Assembly (NCBI RefSeq): GCF_009914755.1
Contig: NC_060929.1
DNA: 64,000 nucleotides
From: the human T2T-CHM13v2.0 reference genome, Homo sapiens
Reading direction: 5' to 3' (one strand)
The notes below the pieces were generated by a model. That model searched no databases. It was not told the origin of the DNA and saw only the letters and a program-made list of their open reading frames with translations. Below are positions 34,997-46,647 of this stretch, piece by piece. A program made the translations under genes and the position numbers. Position 1 is the first letter of the stretch; each line of letters begins with the position of its first letter.

Positions 34997-37062
34997 GTAA
35001 GTGCCCCTTGGGCGGGTGGAGTGATGCCTGCCTGGGCCCCCACAGGCTGGGGACCAGGGCCACAGCCCCACACCAGCATGCAGGTGGGGGCCTCTCATCC
35101 TGCTCTTCACACTCAGCTTGATTTTCCCTACTTCATCTCACACCACACCTCAAATATTATGTGTTACCTAAACTCACCCCTGCCACTACCACAGCATAAC
35201 TGAGGAAAAACTCCAGTTGTGTGTAACCTCTGTGGAGAAATCCTGAAGAATCTGGAGCTGCAGTGTGGAAAATTCCTGCAAAAACAAGGTGATGGCTCAG
35301 TTTTTCACAAAGGAATGAGTGACTGGCAAACCGTGTGCTGATAGACCTCCCTTTATCTGGCCCGGCCGGAGCCAGATGTGTCTGAGCCTAGACACCAGAG
35401 TTTACCTGCGCCCAGGTCACTTTAGACCATGCGACCTGAGGTATTCCTTTTCCGAAGGGAAAACTGAATGATGCTTTGTAGAAGATGCATCAGGCTCCCT
35501 TCTTGAGAATCAGCATGTGCTTCAGGAAAACTTTCTGAGGCCCCTCTTTGTGGAATTTAGAATAAATTTTAAAATTTTGAATGAAATGACCTGATTTAAA
35601 GAAACCATCAGGTGGAACCCTGTCGCAGCCCTCTGACTTTTCCCTGAGTCACTGGAAATGTGGTCCCACTGTAGCCATTGTCTCCACCGGACTCCATCCT
35701 AACAAGTGTCCTGGGGCTCGGAAGCCTCCTGCAGGCACCTAGAGTTTTCCCACGGATGAAGTGTGTCTTGCGTCAGGGTGGTGGTGTAACTCCCTTGATC
35801 GGCTGCTTTAAAATTGGGGCGAGCGCTGCAAGCCCAGCACTTGGTGTTCCCGGGTGATGCTGTGGGAGTCCACAGTCCCCTGAAAGCGGCTGTTGATTCT
35901 CCTTTTGGCACATGTTCCCGACAGTGTCTGCCAGTCTGTGTCCAAGCTCTGGGGTTTTGGTGGGGACTGCGGGCGGTTTCTCTGAGACATAGCAGCCCAT
36001 GGCTAAGCCACATCCCAAGTTATCTGAAGGATCTTGTGATGGAAGAAGAGCATGAAGCAGGGTGTGTTCACGTGTGTGTGTGTGCATACGTGTGTATATA
36101 TGCGTGTGTGTGCGTGTGCAGGTGTGTGTGAGGCATCCTGCCTCTGGCAGCCAGGGTACAGTGTGCGCAGTGAGGACTAGTGGGTTTGTGCACAGCCTGG
36201 AGTCTGCACAATAGCTTCCCAGTACTTTCTCACATTTGATTTGGCACGCGTGTGCTGCCCTGACTCCTCCAAGGGCCTGTGGAATTTTCCGGTTTTCCTC
36301 AGCACATCTGTGGTGTTCATCAAGAATGCCGTGTGGAAGGGACCGAACCCGGCCTGCAGCACCCCCTCCTCAGCCTCCTGCAGCCTGTGTGTGCGCATCC
36401 TGTGTCCTTATGTGGCCCCTTCAGCCACTTCTGTCAGAAGACACCCATGCTCATGGGCACTCATCTAGAGGCTGGCCCAGGCACCCCTCGGGGGTCTAGG
36501 GAACCCCTGTCTTACACCACAGGCTTAGTAGACTGCCTTTGTTGTAACTGCCTGTCAATTTGTCTGTTCCACACCTCACTTTCCCCAGATTATGAGCTCA
36601 GTGAGGGCGGAGGCTGTTTCTTCCTTATGGTTGCTCCCCAGGGCCTGGCCCCTGGCCAGTGCCTGGAGAATGTTTCTGTTGTGGTATATGAGGTGGGGGC
36701 GTGTGGTGCTTGGCCAGCCCACTGCTCCTAAGGTCTCCTCAGGATCCCCCTTGGCCACAGCCTGACTTCTTTCCAGCCCAAGATCACTGCCCCTCCCGGC
36801 GCATGCATGGCATGTGTGGGTTCCAGGCCAGGACACAACCCACAGGAAACAAAGCGGCCTGCAGAAGCCGGGCTGTCCTCGGAGCAAGAATGCCTGCCCC
36901 TGAGTGGTTCCCCACCCCCTACCTCCTGTCGCATCAGCACCCTCTTCCCCTCTCTTCATGGACACATGGGCAGATGTGTCCGGTGGTGTACCCCGTCAGC
37001 CTGCAGGCTCTGCGACGGCAGCCCGGGGTCCTCACGCCTCTTCCTTCTGGTTTTCACTGCAG

Positions 37063-37321
37063 ATGTTCGGCTTCTTCAAGGGCATGTCCTTCCCCCTCGC
37101 CAGCATTGCCGTCTACAACTCCGTGGTGTTTGGGGTCTTCAGTAACACGCAGCGGTTCCTCAGCCAGCACCGCTGCGGGGAGCCAGAGGCCAGTCCTCCC
37201 CGCACGCTGTCAGACCTGCTCCTGGCCAGCATGGTGGCCGGCGTGGTCTCTGTCGGGCTGGGAGGGCCCGTGGACCTCATCAAGATCCGGTTGCAGATGC
37301 AGACACAACCGTTTCGGGACG
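37063..37321 (+). CDS. SLC25A48: SLC25A48 coding exon 4 (MFGFFKGMSFP...PVDLIKIRLQMQTQPFRD)
   Basis: Acceptor TTTTCACTGCAG|, donor ACG|GTAAGA. 259 bp. Carrier signature 2, PVDLIKIRLQ. Confidence 0.97.
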
Positions 37322-37455
37322 GTAAGAGGCCAGGGGAGCGGAGGCTGGTGTCTGGGACTTGTGGCCCTTTCCTGGTTTGTGGGATCTGGGACATGGTTGT
37401 TAAAATCCTTTTATTGAGCAAGGCATCTACCTTGTCACCTAGTAGTCCGTAATTA

Positions 37456-39837
37456 CAGGCATACCTCGGAGACATGGGTTTGGTTCCAGACCACTGCAAT
37501 AATGCAAATATCACAATAAAAGTCACATGAACTTTTTGGTTTCCCAGTGCATTTAAAGTTATGTTTAGACTATACTGTAGTCTAAGTGTGCAATGGCATT
37601 ATGTTTTAAATAAGTATATATACCTTAATTAAAAAATACTTTAGTACTAAAAATTATTGACAATTATCTGAGTATTCAGCGAGTCGTAATCTTTCTGCCA
37701 GAGGAGGGTCTTGCCTCGATGTTGATGGCTGCTGACTGATCAGGGTTGTTGTTGCTGAAGGTTGGGTGGGCTGTGGCAATTTCTTAAAATAAGACAACAA
37801 TGAAGTTTGCCATATCCATTGACTTCCTTTCACCAAAGTTTTCTCTATAGCATGAGACGCTGTTTGATGGCATTTTACCCACAGTAGAACTTCTTTCAAA
37901 ATTGGAGTCAGTCCTCTCAAACCCTGACGCTGCTTTATCAGCTAAGTTTATGGATATTCTAAATCCTTTGCTGTCATTTTAACAACATTCACAGAATCTT
38001 CACCACTAGTAGATTTCATCTGAAGAAAAACTGTCTTTCTCATCCATAAGAAGTAACTCTTCATCCGTTAAATATTATCATGAGATTGCACCATTCAGCC
38101 CCATCTTCAGCCTCTACTTCTCATTCTAGTTCTCTTGCTTTCTCCATCACATCTACAGTTCCTTCCTCCATGGAAGCCTTGAAGCTCTTGAAATTATCTG
38201 TGAGGGTTGGGGTTAACTACTTCCAAACTCTTGTTAACATTGCTATTTTGACCTCCTCCCATGAACCCCAAATGCTCTTAAGAGCATCTAGAATGGTGAA
38301 TTTTTTCCAGAAGGTTTTTCAATTTGCTTGGTTCAAATACATCAGAAAAATGACTATCTATGGCAACTATAGCCTTAAGAAATATACTTCTTAAGTAACA
38401 AGACTTGGAAGTCAAAATCACTCCTTGATTCACGGGCTGCCGAATGGATGCTGTGTTAGCAGGCCTGGAAACAACATTCATCTCCTTGTGTATCTCCACC
38501 AGAACTCTTGGGTGACCAGGTGCATTGTCAATGAGCAGTAATATTTTGAAAGGAATATTCTTTTCTGAGCAGTAGGTCTCAACAGCGGACCTAAAATACT
38601 CAGGAAACCATGCTGTAAACAGATGTGCTGTCATCCAGGCCTTGTTGTTCCTTTTCTAGAACACACAGAGCAGATTGATTGTCATTCTTAAAGGCCCTAG
38701 GATTTTCAGAATGGTAAGTGAGCACTGGGTTCAACTTAAAGTCACCAGCTGCATTAGTCCCTAACAAGAGAGTCAGCCTGTCTTTTGAAACTTCAAAGCC
38801 AGGCATTGACGTCTCCTCTCTAGCTATGAAGTCCTGAAGTCATCTTTTTCCAATAGAAGGCTGTTTTGTCTACATTGAAAACCTGTTGTTGAGTATAGTC
38901 ATGTTCATCAATTCTCTTAGCTAGATCTTCTGGATAACTTGCTGCAGGCTCTACATCAGCACTTGCTGCTTCACCTTGCACTTTTATGTTGTGGAGATGG
39001 CTTCTCTCCTTAAACCTCATGAACCAACCACTGCCAGCTTCAAACTTTTCTTCTGCAGCTTCCTCACCTCTCTCCACCTTCAGAGAATTGAGGAGAGTTA
39101 TGTCCTTTCTCTGAGTTAGGCTTTGGCTTAAGGGAAAGTTGTGGCTCATTTGATGTTCTATCCAGACTACTCAAACTTTCTTCATACCAGCAATAAGGAT
39201 ATTTCACTATCTTATTATTTGTGTGTTCATTGGAGTAGTGCTTTTAATTTTCTTCAAGCATTTTTCCTTTGCATTCACAACCTGGCTAACTCTTGGGCAA
39301 AAGAGGCTTAGCTTTTGACCTGTCTCCGCTTTCAACATGACTTCCTCACTAAGTTTAATCATCTCTAGCTTTTGATTTAAAGTGAGACATCTATGAGTCT
39401 TCCTTTGACTTGAACACTTAGAGGTCATTGTAGAATTACAAACTGGCCTAATTTCAAGTTGTTGTGTCTCAGGAAACAGGGCAGCCTGAGGAGAGGGAGA
39501 GAGATAGGGAATGGCTGGCTTGTCAGTGGAGCAGTCAGAGCAACCATGATTAAGCTGACTCTCTTATATGGACACAGCTTGTTGTACCCCCAAACAATGA
39601 CATTAGTAGCATCAAAGATCACAGATCATCATAACAGATATAATGATTATGACAAGGTTGAAAATATTGTGAGAATTATGAAAATGTGACATAGAGATAG
39701 GAAGTGAGCACATACTGTTAGACAAATGGTGCCGATAGCCTTGCTGGACTCAAGCTGACCACAAACCTTCAATTTGTAAAAAATGAAATATCTGGGAAGT
39801 GAAATGAAGTGAAGTACAATCAAACAAGGTGTGGTTT
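37456..39837 (-). mobile_element. Near-full-length Tigger1 DNA transposon with disrupted transposase
   Basis: TA|CAGGCATACCTCGG terminus. Minus-strand ORF fragments encode pogo/CENP-B-type pieces: [15 protein letters not shown] (HTH), [59 protein letters not shown]. Frameshifted. Confidence 0.93.
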
Positions 39838-39859
39838 TATTACTATTTAACCTGATGCA

Positions 39860-40040
39860 GTAACTGTCATTGATTAAGTATTTGGTATGTGGCAGGTACT
39901 CTCTAGGACCTTTGCATATGTTCTCATAATTCATCTTGTAACAATTCTGTGAGGCAGATGCTGCTATCTCCATTTTACAGATGAGAAAACAGGCTCCCAG
40001 AGGTTAAGGTAGTTACTCAAGAACACACGATTAGCCACTG
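39860..40040 (-). mobile_element. MIR SINE
   Basis: CTCCATTTTACAGATGAGAAAACAGGCTCCCAGAGGTTAAG. Confidence 0.75.
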
Positions 40041-40096
40041 GTGAGTGAGAGCCACCAGTGAGAGTGAGGCATGGGAGGTTTCTGCAGGCAAATATT

Positions 40097-40231
40097 GCAG
40101 TACCCAGTGCAAAATGCTAAGGCCCCTTGTTCAAAAATTATGCCATATTTTACAATGGCAACAGCAAAGCACTAAGCCAAGCATGGTGCTTGTGTGAACA
40201 CACTGGTCTCATCTGCACGAAGCTAGCCCCA
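40097..40231 (-). mobile_element. MER45A-like (hAT-Tip100) fragment
   Basis: CCCAGTGCAAAATG...GGCCCCTTGTTCAAAAATTAT...CAACAGCAAAGCACTAAGCCAAGC resembles the reverse MER45 consensus. Confidence 0.6.
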
Positions 40232-40695
40232 GCTGAGCTGGGACTCATACGCATGTATGTCTCATCCAAAAGCCCAGAGTCCCGATCTCACCTGGCCCAC
40301 ATGCCAGGAAGTGCAGCAGGCGAGGCCTTGCTCCTGACCACCTGTCTCCTGCCCTTACCCACCCTTGCCTGTCCTTCAGCCCTTGCCTTTCCTGTTAGAG
40401 CTTCACTTCTTGTTGTGCGATGTAGCAATTTCTGCACCACAAACCCTCATCTCTCGTTCCTCCTTGCTGGGAAAGAGTTTTTTGCATCTTTCCTGGCAGT
40501 GGCTTTCCCAAAGGAGGGTAGAAAAAACAGGAAGGCACTTGCTGTGCAGAGCAGAGAGAGTGCCGGCTTTGGAGGAAGGATAGGCTTGCAGTGGTAGGAG
40601 ACGTATTTCAGTACCTTGAGGTACTTTGATTCTCAGCTCTACCACTCAGTTCCCTGTCTCCTCAGGTTAGATACTGCCCTTCCTGAGGCTCATGC

Positions 40696-40776
40696 TCCTT
40701 TTCTGTGTAATGGAAAGGCTGGACCCATAGTCCTTTCCTGTGTAATGGAAGAAATGGACCCAGAGTCCTTTCCTGT
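40696..40776. repeat. Degenerate 35-bp tandem repeat (~2.3 copies)
   Basis: TCCTT(T/C)...CTGTGTAATGGAA....TGGACCCA.AG repeated at 40696, 40731 and partly at 40766. Confidence 0.75.
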
Positions 40777-43632
40777 CACCTCAGACATCTGATGGGGCTG
40801 ACAGTCTCCAGCTTGATCTTGGCCCTTGTGGAGAAGACTCCTCTCCCTGGCAGCCTTCTGAGTAGCCCCTGTGTGACCCCTCTGCCCAGGGAGGCTGGGT
40901 TTCAGCATGTATCATGGTCAGAGCCCCAGCAGCTCACTCAGGAGCATCCCAGCCTAGCATCTCCTGCCCCAGCCCCGGAGCTGCCCAGGACAGGGTCTGC
41001 ACATGCTCTAAGCATGGTGCTGCTGCTCCTTGCTGGGGTGCATGGAGGGCCTGAGGCCTGGCTGCCCCAAGGCTGTGTGTCACATGCCCCAAGGCTCATG
41101 GCCACTGCAGCACGTGGGGAGACGCAGGAAAACAAATGGGGCCATCAGGGAGACACAGGGCCGGCAGTTCTTCACCTTCATCTTCAGCATATTGGGTCAT
41201 GTCTTGGCACAATTCAATTTGATTCAAGGGTGGCACCTCTGAGGAATGTTTGAACTTTGCTGATCTGTCCCATCCCAGAGGCATAAGCAAAGATGTAGAG
41301 GAATGAAGGCTGTCATGAGCAGGCTGAGAACCCAGGCATCCAGGCCCCTGTGCTGGCTCTTTGCTCTATCCCGACTGCTTCAGAAAAGCTTGCCTTAGGG
41401 GAAAGGAAATCTCCATACGTCTTAAAACTGTTTGGGGTTCGGTTGTTGGAAAAGGCTCAGCAATGAGGCTTTTTGGCTGCTGGAAGCAGCCCCGCCTCCT
41501 TTACCACCTGGCACCTTGTCCCTGGAAGGGGAGGAAATGGGGGTAGCTTTGCGAATATCTGTTTGCAAGTATCTGTTGGGGGCCCTCACCCAGCTGGGAC
41601 GCCAAGGGAGGTGTTTCCCAATAAATACTTTCCTTAAGAAGGTCTGGGACATTTGAAGGTTTCTTGACAACTTTTTGTTCTATCCTCTGTCCTGCCCACC
41701 TCCACTCCAGCTTTCCCTGTACAGTATGCTAGAATGGTGTCATACCAGGCCCTGAGTGATAGGGGATTCTGAAGCTAGGCTAGAAGCATTTGGAGACTAG
41801 AGGAAGAATGGGAGGCAGCCAAGGGAGTGGCTGAATCCAAGCATGGCCTCCAAGCAGGGTGCACAGCTCCTGGCCAGTGTTAGGGAGCTGAGCAGCCACC
41901 ATTAGCAGCTGCCAATGTGACATGCTCACTCTATACCAGACACCACATAAGGTACTGTCCACCCATCACCTTCTTTAATATCCACCATTACAGCATGAGG
42001 CAGATATGATTGCCATCTCTGTTCACGTATCTCCAAGATGATAGTTATGCACCTACTGGGTGCCAGGCACAGGGCTATGTGCTGAGAATGCAGTGGTGAA
42101 CAAAAGACTGCATCCTGTCTCTGTTACAGTGTGGCATCCAGCTGAGAGCCAGAGAGGAACTGGGTGCCTACAAACCATGGTGGTAGGGAAATACAATGGG
42201 CTGTCAGGCTGGAGTCAAGGAGGGTTTGGGAGCAGGGTGGGAGAAGGGCTGGGAGGAAAGCCTGGAGGTCAGGGCTGTGCACCTGCCCAGGTAGTGCTGA
42301 GGGCCACTCAGGTCTGCCTTGCCTAGGTATGGGAGCCTGAGATATGGCCTACCTGGGGACCTTCAGATCTCTCATCAGGGAAGTCCTTAAAGGGATCCTT
42401 AAAGGGCCTTAAAGGGCCCTTTACCACCTGGCACCTGTCCTTAAAGGGCCCTGTCTTTTGGGTAAGCCTCTGAGCAGTGAGAACACAGGGACCCTGTCCT
42501 TCCACCATGGGGAGGTGCTGACATGTCTCAGGATAGGTAAGATTCCCCGAGCCTCCTGTATGGCAATCTGCCCATGGCCTGTGCCTTCAGGTTGTTTATT
42601 TGTCTGTGGTGCCAGAAGGAAACCAGTTCTCTTAAATAAACCCCCGAGGCAGCAACAGAAAATGAACATGTGTTTGTTCTGTTCTTCCCTGTGTGCCAGG
42701 AGACCAGCCTTTTGGGAGCTTGGAGAAGGCTCTTAGTAAGAGGCATGGAGGTTTCTGCAGGCAAATATTTCTCAACCCTGCAAAGCTTTGAGCCATTAGA
42801 ACCTGGGCTCATCGGCTTAGCACAAAGAGCAAAGCCAAAGCCAAAGATGGTTCACCAAGTGCATGGAGGGAGAGTAAAAGCCAAGATTGGAGGACCCACC
42901 TCTGCCGTGCCCCCACAAGTTTCTGTGATCTGGACTGAATAAGAATGGTCTTGGCAGTAGTGGCTGAGTGGCCAGTGTTTACTGAACCCTAATTGTGTGC
43001 CAAACACAATGCTAGGAGCTTGGCATATGTTTAATCTTCACAACAACCCAATTCCTGGGGATTTACTATGGGGAGACTGAGGAACAGAGAGGTTTCATAC
43101 CCCCAGGTCCCTCCCTTAGTGGGAGGTGGAGGAGGTCTGATTCAGAGGCACTGATGCTTTCTCTGCTTTTGCCCCAGGATTTGTAGAAGCTGAGGTTATG
43201 ACAACGTTGATAACATTGGGCCACCTGGGCCTTTGCGCAAAATTGTCATGCACACAAATAGCTTCAAACTTTAGGGAGAAGTGAGCTGGGAGCATGTCCC
43301 CAAAATGACGTTGTCCAAGTAATGGGCACAGCTTGTGGGTTCCAAGGGTTGGGTGTGAATTCTGTGGGATCGGGCTGCCCCCTCTGATCTCCCTTGCCCT
43401 CAGTTGCTTGGGGGAAGGAATTTGGTGGCAGCAGGTGCTAGACAGGATCAACTACTGGAGAAGGGAGGGGAGGCTGACAAAAAGTCACCAGGCAGTGTTT
43501 TCTGCCAGGAATCCCTCCAGAAAATGAGAAGGAATGTGGTTTTCTTTCAATTGCTCCTCAGGAACCCTCTAGGCTAGAGATAGAAAACTCAGAGACTCAT
43601 CACGACAGGGAGCTAACATACATGTAACCTCC

Positions 43633-43997
43633 TATATTAGTCCAATCTCTTGCCACTAATAAAGACATGCCTGAGACTGGGTAATTCATAAAGAAAAGAG
43701 GTTTAATTGACTCACAGTTCCACATGGCTGGGGAGGCCTCACAAGCATGGCAGAAGGTGAAGGAGGAGCAAAGTCACGTCTTACATGGCAGCAGGCAAGA
43801 GAGTGTGTGCCAGAGAACTCTCATTTATAAAACCATCAGATCTCATGAGACTTACTCACTATCATGAGAACAGCATGGGAAAGACCCCACCCCCATGATT
43901 CAATTACCTCCTACCAGATCCCTCCCATGACACATGGGGATTATGGGAGCTACAATTCAAGATGAGATTTGGGTAGAGACACAGCCAAATCATATCG
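43633..43997 (-). mobile_element. THE1 (THE1B-like) solo LTR
   Basis: 365 bp with THE1 motifs throughout. Perfect 5-bp TSD CCTCC (43628-43632, 43998-44002). Confidence 0.92.
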
Positions 43998-44009
43998 CCT
44001 CCCCTGGCA

Positions 44010-44726
44010 TTGCAGTAAATACAGAGTTTATTTGACACAAGGCCAGCCACACCACGTGGGAGACAGAGTTATTCCTCAAATCAATCTCATAGGAGGCTTA
44101 TAAGTTAGGGCTTTTTCAAAGGCAGTTTGTGGGAAGGGATGGAGATGGCTAGGCAATGGGTGCTTGCTGCTGATTGGTTGGCATGCAATCATAGAGGTGT
44201 GGAAAATTGTCCTCCTATGCACATTGTTGCTTCTGGGTGAGGCCACAGGAGCAGGGTTTGTGGGTCCAGGAGCAGGGCTGGTGAGTTGGTGCCACTGGTG
44301 TCAGACATGCAAAAAGCCTGAAAAGATACCTCAAAGGGCAAATCTTAGGTTTCACAATACTGATTACTCCTGCAGTGATGTTATCGGCAGGAGTAATTGG
44401 GGAAGTTTGCATATCTTGTGACCTCCTAAATAATGGCTGGCAATCCTTTATGTCTATACCTTAGCAGAATTCAGGCTCCTCTCCTCCATACCTTAGCAGA
44501 ATTCAGGCTCCTCTCCTCCCTCTAGCCTGTTGACCTCTCATTACTTTTAGGGAAGGGCGATTATCATTTAAAGTATAAACTAAATGTCTGGCAAAGTTAG
44601 CTCAGCCTAAGCCAAGAAATAATCAAGGCAGCTTGAAGGATAAAGTCAAAAGGGGGATTGGCTAGATTAGGTTGCCCCCACTGCCATAATTTTCTCACTG
44701 ATCTAATTTTTGCAAAGGTAGTTTCA
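44010..44726 (-). mobile_element. ERV1 LTR (LTR8/LTR26-like, MER4 group)
   Basis: Minus-strand start TGAAACTACCTTTGCAAAAATTAGATCAGTGAGAAAATTATGGCAG. Contains a 32-bp perfect tandem duplication at 44456-44519. Confidence 0.75.
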
Positions 44727-45805
44727 TAAGTGAGAAGAGGTGTCTGGGGAAGTGAATCCTCTCCCATTTTTCTTGAGACCACAGCTCTCCTAATCTATGT
44801 TTCATTTTTCCTCTTTCGATTGAAACCTGGACACAGAACATATTTTATCTTCTGCCTCATTCTGCTATTAGAAAAGCAGTAGTTCAAGCCTGATGTGTAA
44901 GCTTCAGTGTCTGAGAGGCAGCTGGGAGTGGTGGGGACTGTGGCAAGCTGGGCCCACATCCTGTCCAAGGGAGTGGTCACAACCCCACTTTATCGGACTG
45001 TTGCCCTGTGGCCTGATGTGCTTGGATCCTCCGATTTTTAAGAGAAGGCAAAAAGGTAGATTTTTTTCATGAGATATTTTGGTTGGAATGATCATGTAAT
45101 TCAGTGAAAACCAAACAGAACACCATAGAGCCCAAGGCTGTGTGAATTGCATAGAATGGGGCTGGGGCTGGCTGCAGTCCTGTGGTCTGCGCCCTGGGTC
45201 AGTCCCAATCCATGTGTTGACTGTGCTCATGTGGGCATTTCTAGGCAGCCTTGGGCAGGGCTTTTGAGACTGATTGGGTTTTGTGGTTCTGCCTCAGGAT
45301 TGCCAGTCCACTTCCAGGGCGATCCTATGTGATATGAGAGACAGCACTCACATACGGAAGCCAGGTGCCAAGAGGCCTCTGGCTTCTTCGCTCTGGTACA
45401 TATGACAGGTGGACTGGGGGCCACATTGAGGTGAGAGCCCAGCTCAGGTGGTTGGGGGACTGGCAAATATATAGCCAGTGTATATTCAGCCAGCCCCTCC
45501 TGATTGTCTCTTAGTGGTGATCCATGGTTAAAAATCTACAAGCTACAGAACATTGAAAGTAGAGGTAGAAAGTGCCCATTCATGCAATTACAACCACTGG
45601 TAACACATTAATGTGTTTATTTTTCCATTCTGTATACATAGATTAAAGATTTTAAGAAGCTGTGATCATGCTATATGGACAATTTCATGTCCTGTTTTTA
45701 ACTCAGCATTATAATAGAAACACTAACCATGTTATTAAAATAGCATATAAAATTTTTTTAAGTAGATGGGCAATATTTAAAATGGATGTGCACTAGTCCA
45801 TCAAA

Positions 45806-45808
45806 TAC

Positions 45809-45842
<34 letters not shown>
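45806..45842. repeat. (CA)n microsatellite
   Basis: CA run with one interruption. Confidence 0.9.
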
Positions 45843-45844
<2 letters not shown>

Positions 45845-45854
45845 AAAGAGTCTA

Positions 45855-46090
45855 TGTAGTATGGTAAAAATTAAGCTTCCAGAATTAGACTACCTGCTTA
45901 TAATTCTACTTCCACTGAACCCAAAAAAGGTTAGACAGCTCACCTAATGTCACCAAGCCTCAGTTAACTCATCTGCAAAGCAGGCATAACTATAGTAGCT
46001 ACTTTATAGCTGGGATGCAATGAAATGTATTATACATGAAGACCTCAGCACAATGTCTGGCATATAGAAAATGTGAAATAAATGTTAATT
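45855..46090 (+). mobile_element. MIR SINE
   Basis: AAGCCTCAGTTAACTCATCTGCAAAG...CAGCACAATGTCTGGCATATAG...AATAAATGTTA. Confidence 0.7.
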
Positions 46091-46563
46091 ATCAGTAAAT
46101 GTATTATTTAACAATCTTCCTAATGGTGAATATTTAGGTTGTTTACAGTTTTTCCTCTTTTAAAAATAGTGGTATGATCAGCGAATATATTCATAAAGAG
46201 TTCTCTTTATTTAGGGTTATTTCCCTAAATGTGTGGGCTCTTTGATTCATGAGTGGGATAAGGGGTGTGGCCATTTTTAACATTCTTGGTACATATTGTG
46301 AAATTGTTATCCAGAAGAGTTTTACCAAATCATATAAGCAGTTGCTTACATTTAAAGGGAATTTCCATTTGACACTGACTACCATTGCACAATAACCAGT
46401 AGTTATGCCCCCATGTAAATGCTTCCAAATTAACAGAGGTATTCTCCTGGGGCCTCTGCCACTTGGCAAGCAAGGAGACATTGGCCTGTGTTCAGTTGTA
46501 TGTGCCTGTGACAGTAAGGCACCTGTGAAAAAACCCTTCCTTTTAAAATCACTGCCCTTTGCA

Positions 46564-46647
46564 TGGGCATGAGCCTAACTAGGTGGCCTGTTGGGCATGA
46601 GCCTAACTAGGTGGCCTGTTGGGCATAAGCCTAACTAGGTGGCCTGT
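46564..46647. repeat. 28-bp minisatellite, 3 copies
   Basis: TGGGCATGAGCCTAACTAGGTGGCCTGT x3, with one mismatch in copy 3. Confidence 0.93.

Noticed and set aside
36701-37526. Long overlapping ORFs (238 aa on +, 137 aa on -)
   Set aside because: Alternative-frame/antisense shadows of the GC-rich SLC25A48 exon 4.
37654-39428. Transposase ORFs as a domesticated TIGD-type gene
   Set aside because: Split by multiple frameshifts/stops inside an ordinary Tigger1 copy.
46564-46647. CRISPR-like 28-bp direct repeats
   Set aside because: No spacers (head-to-tail units) and a mammalian intron context; it is a simple minisatellite.
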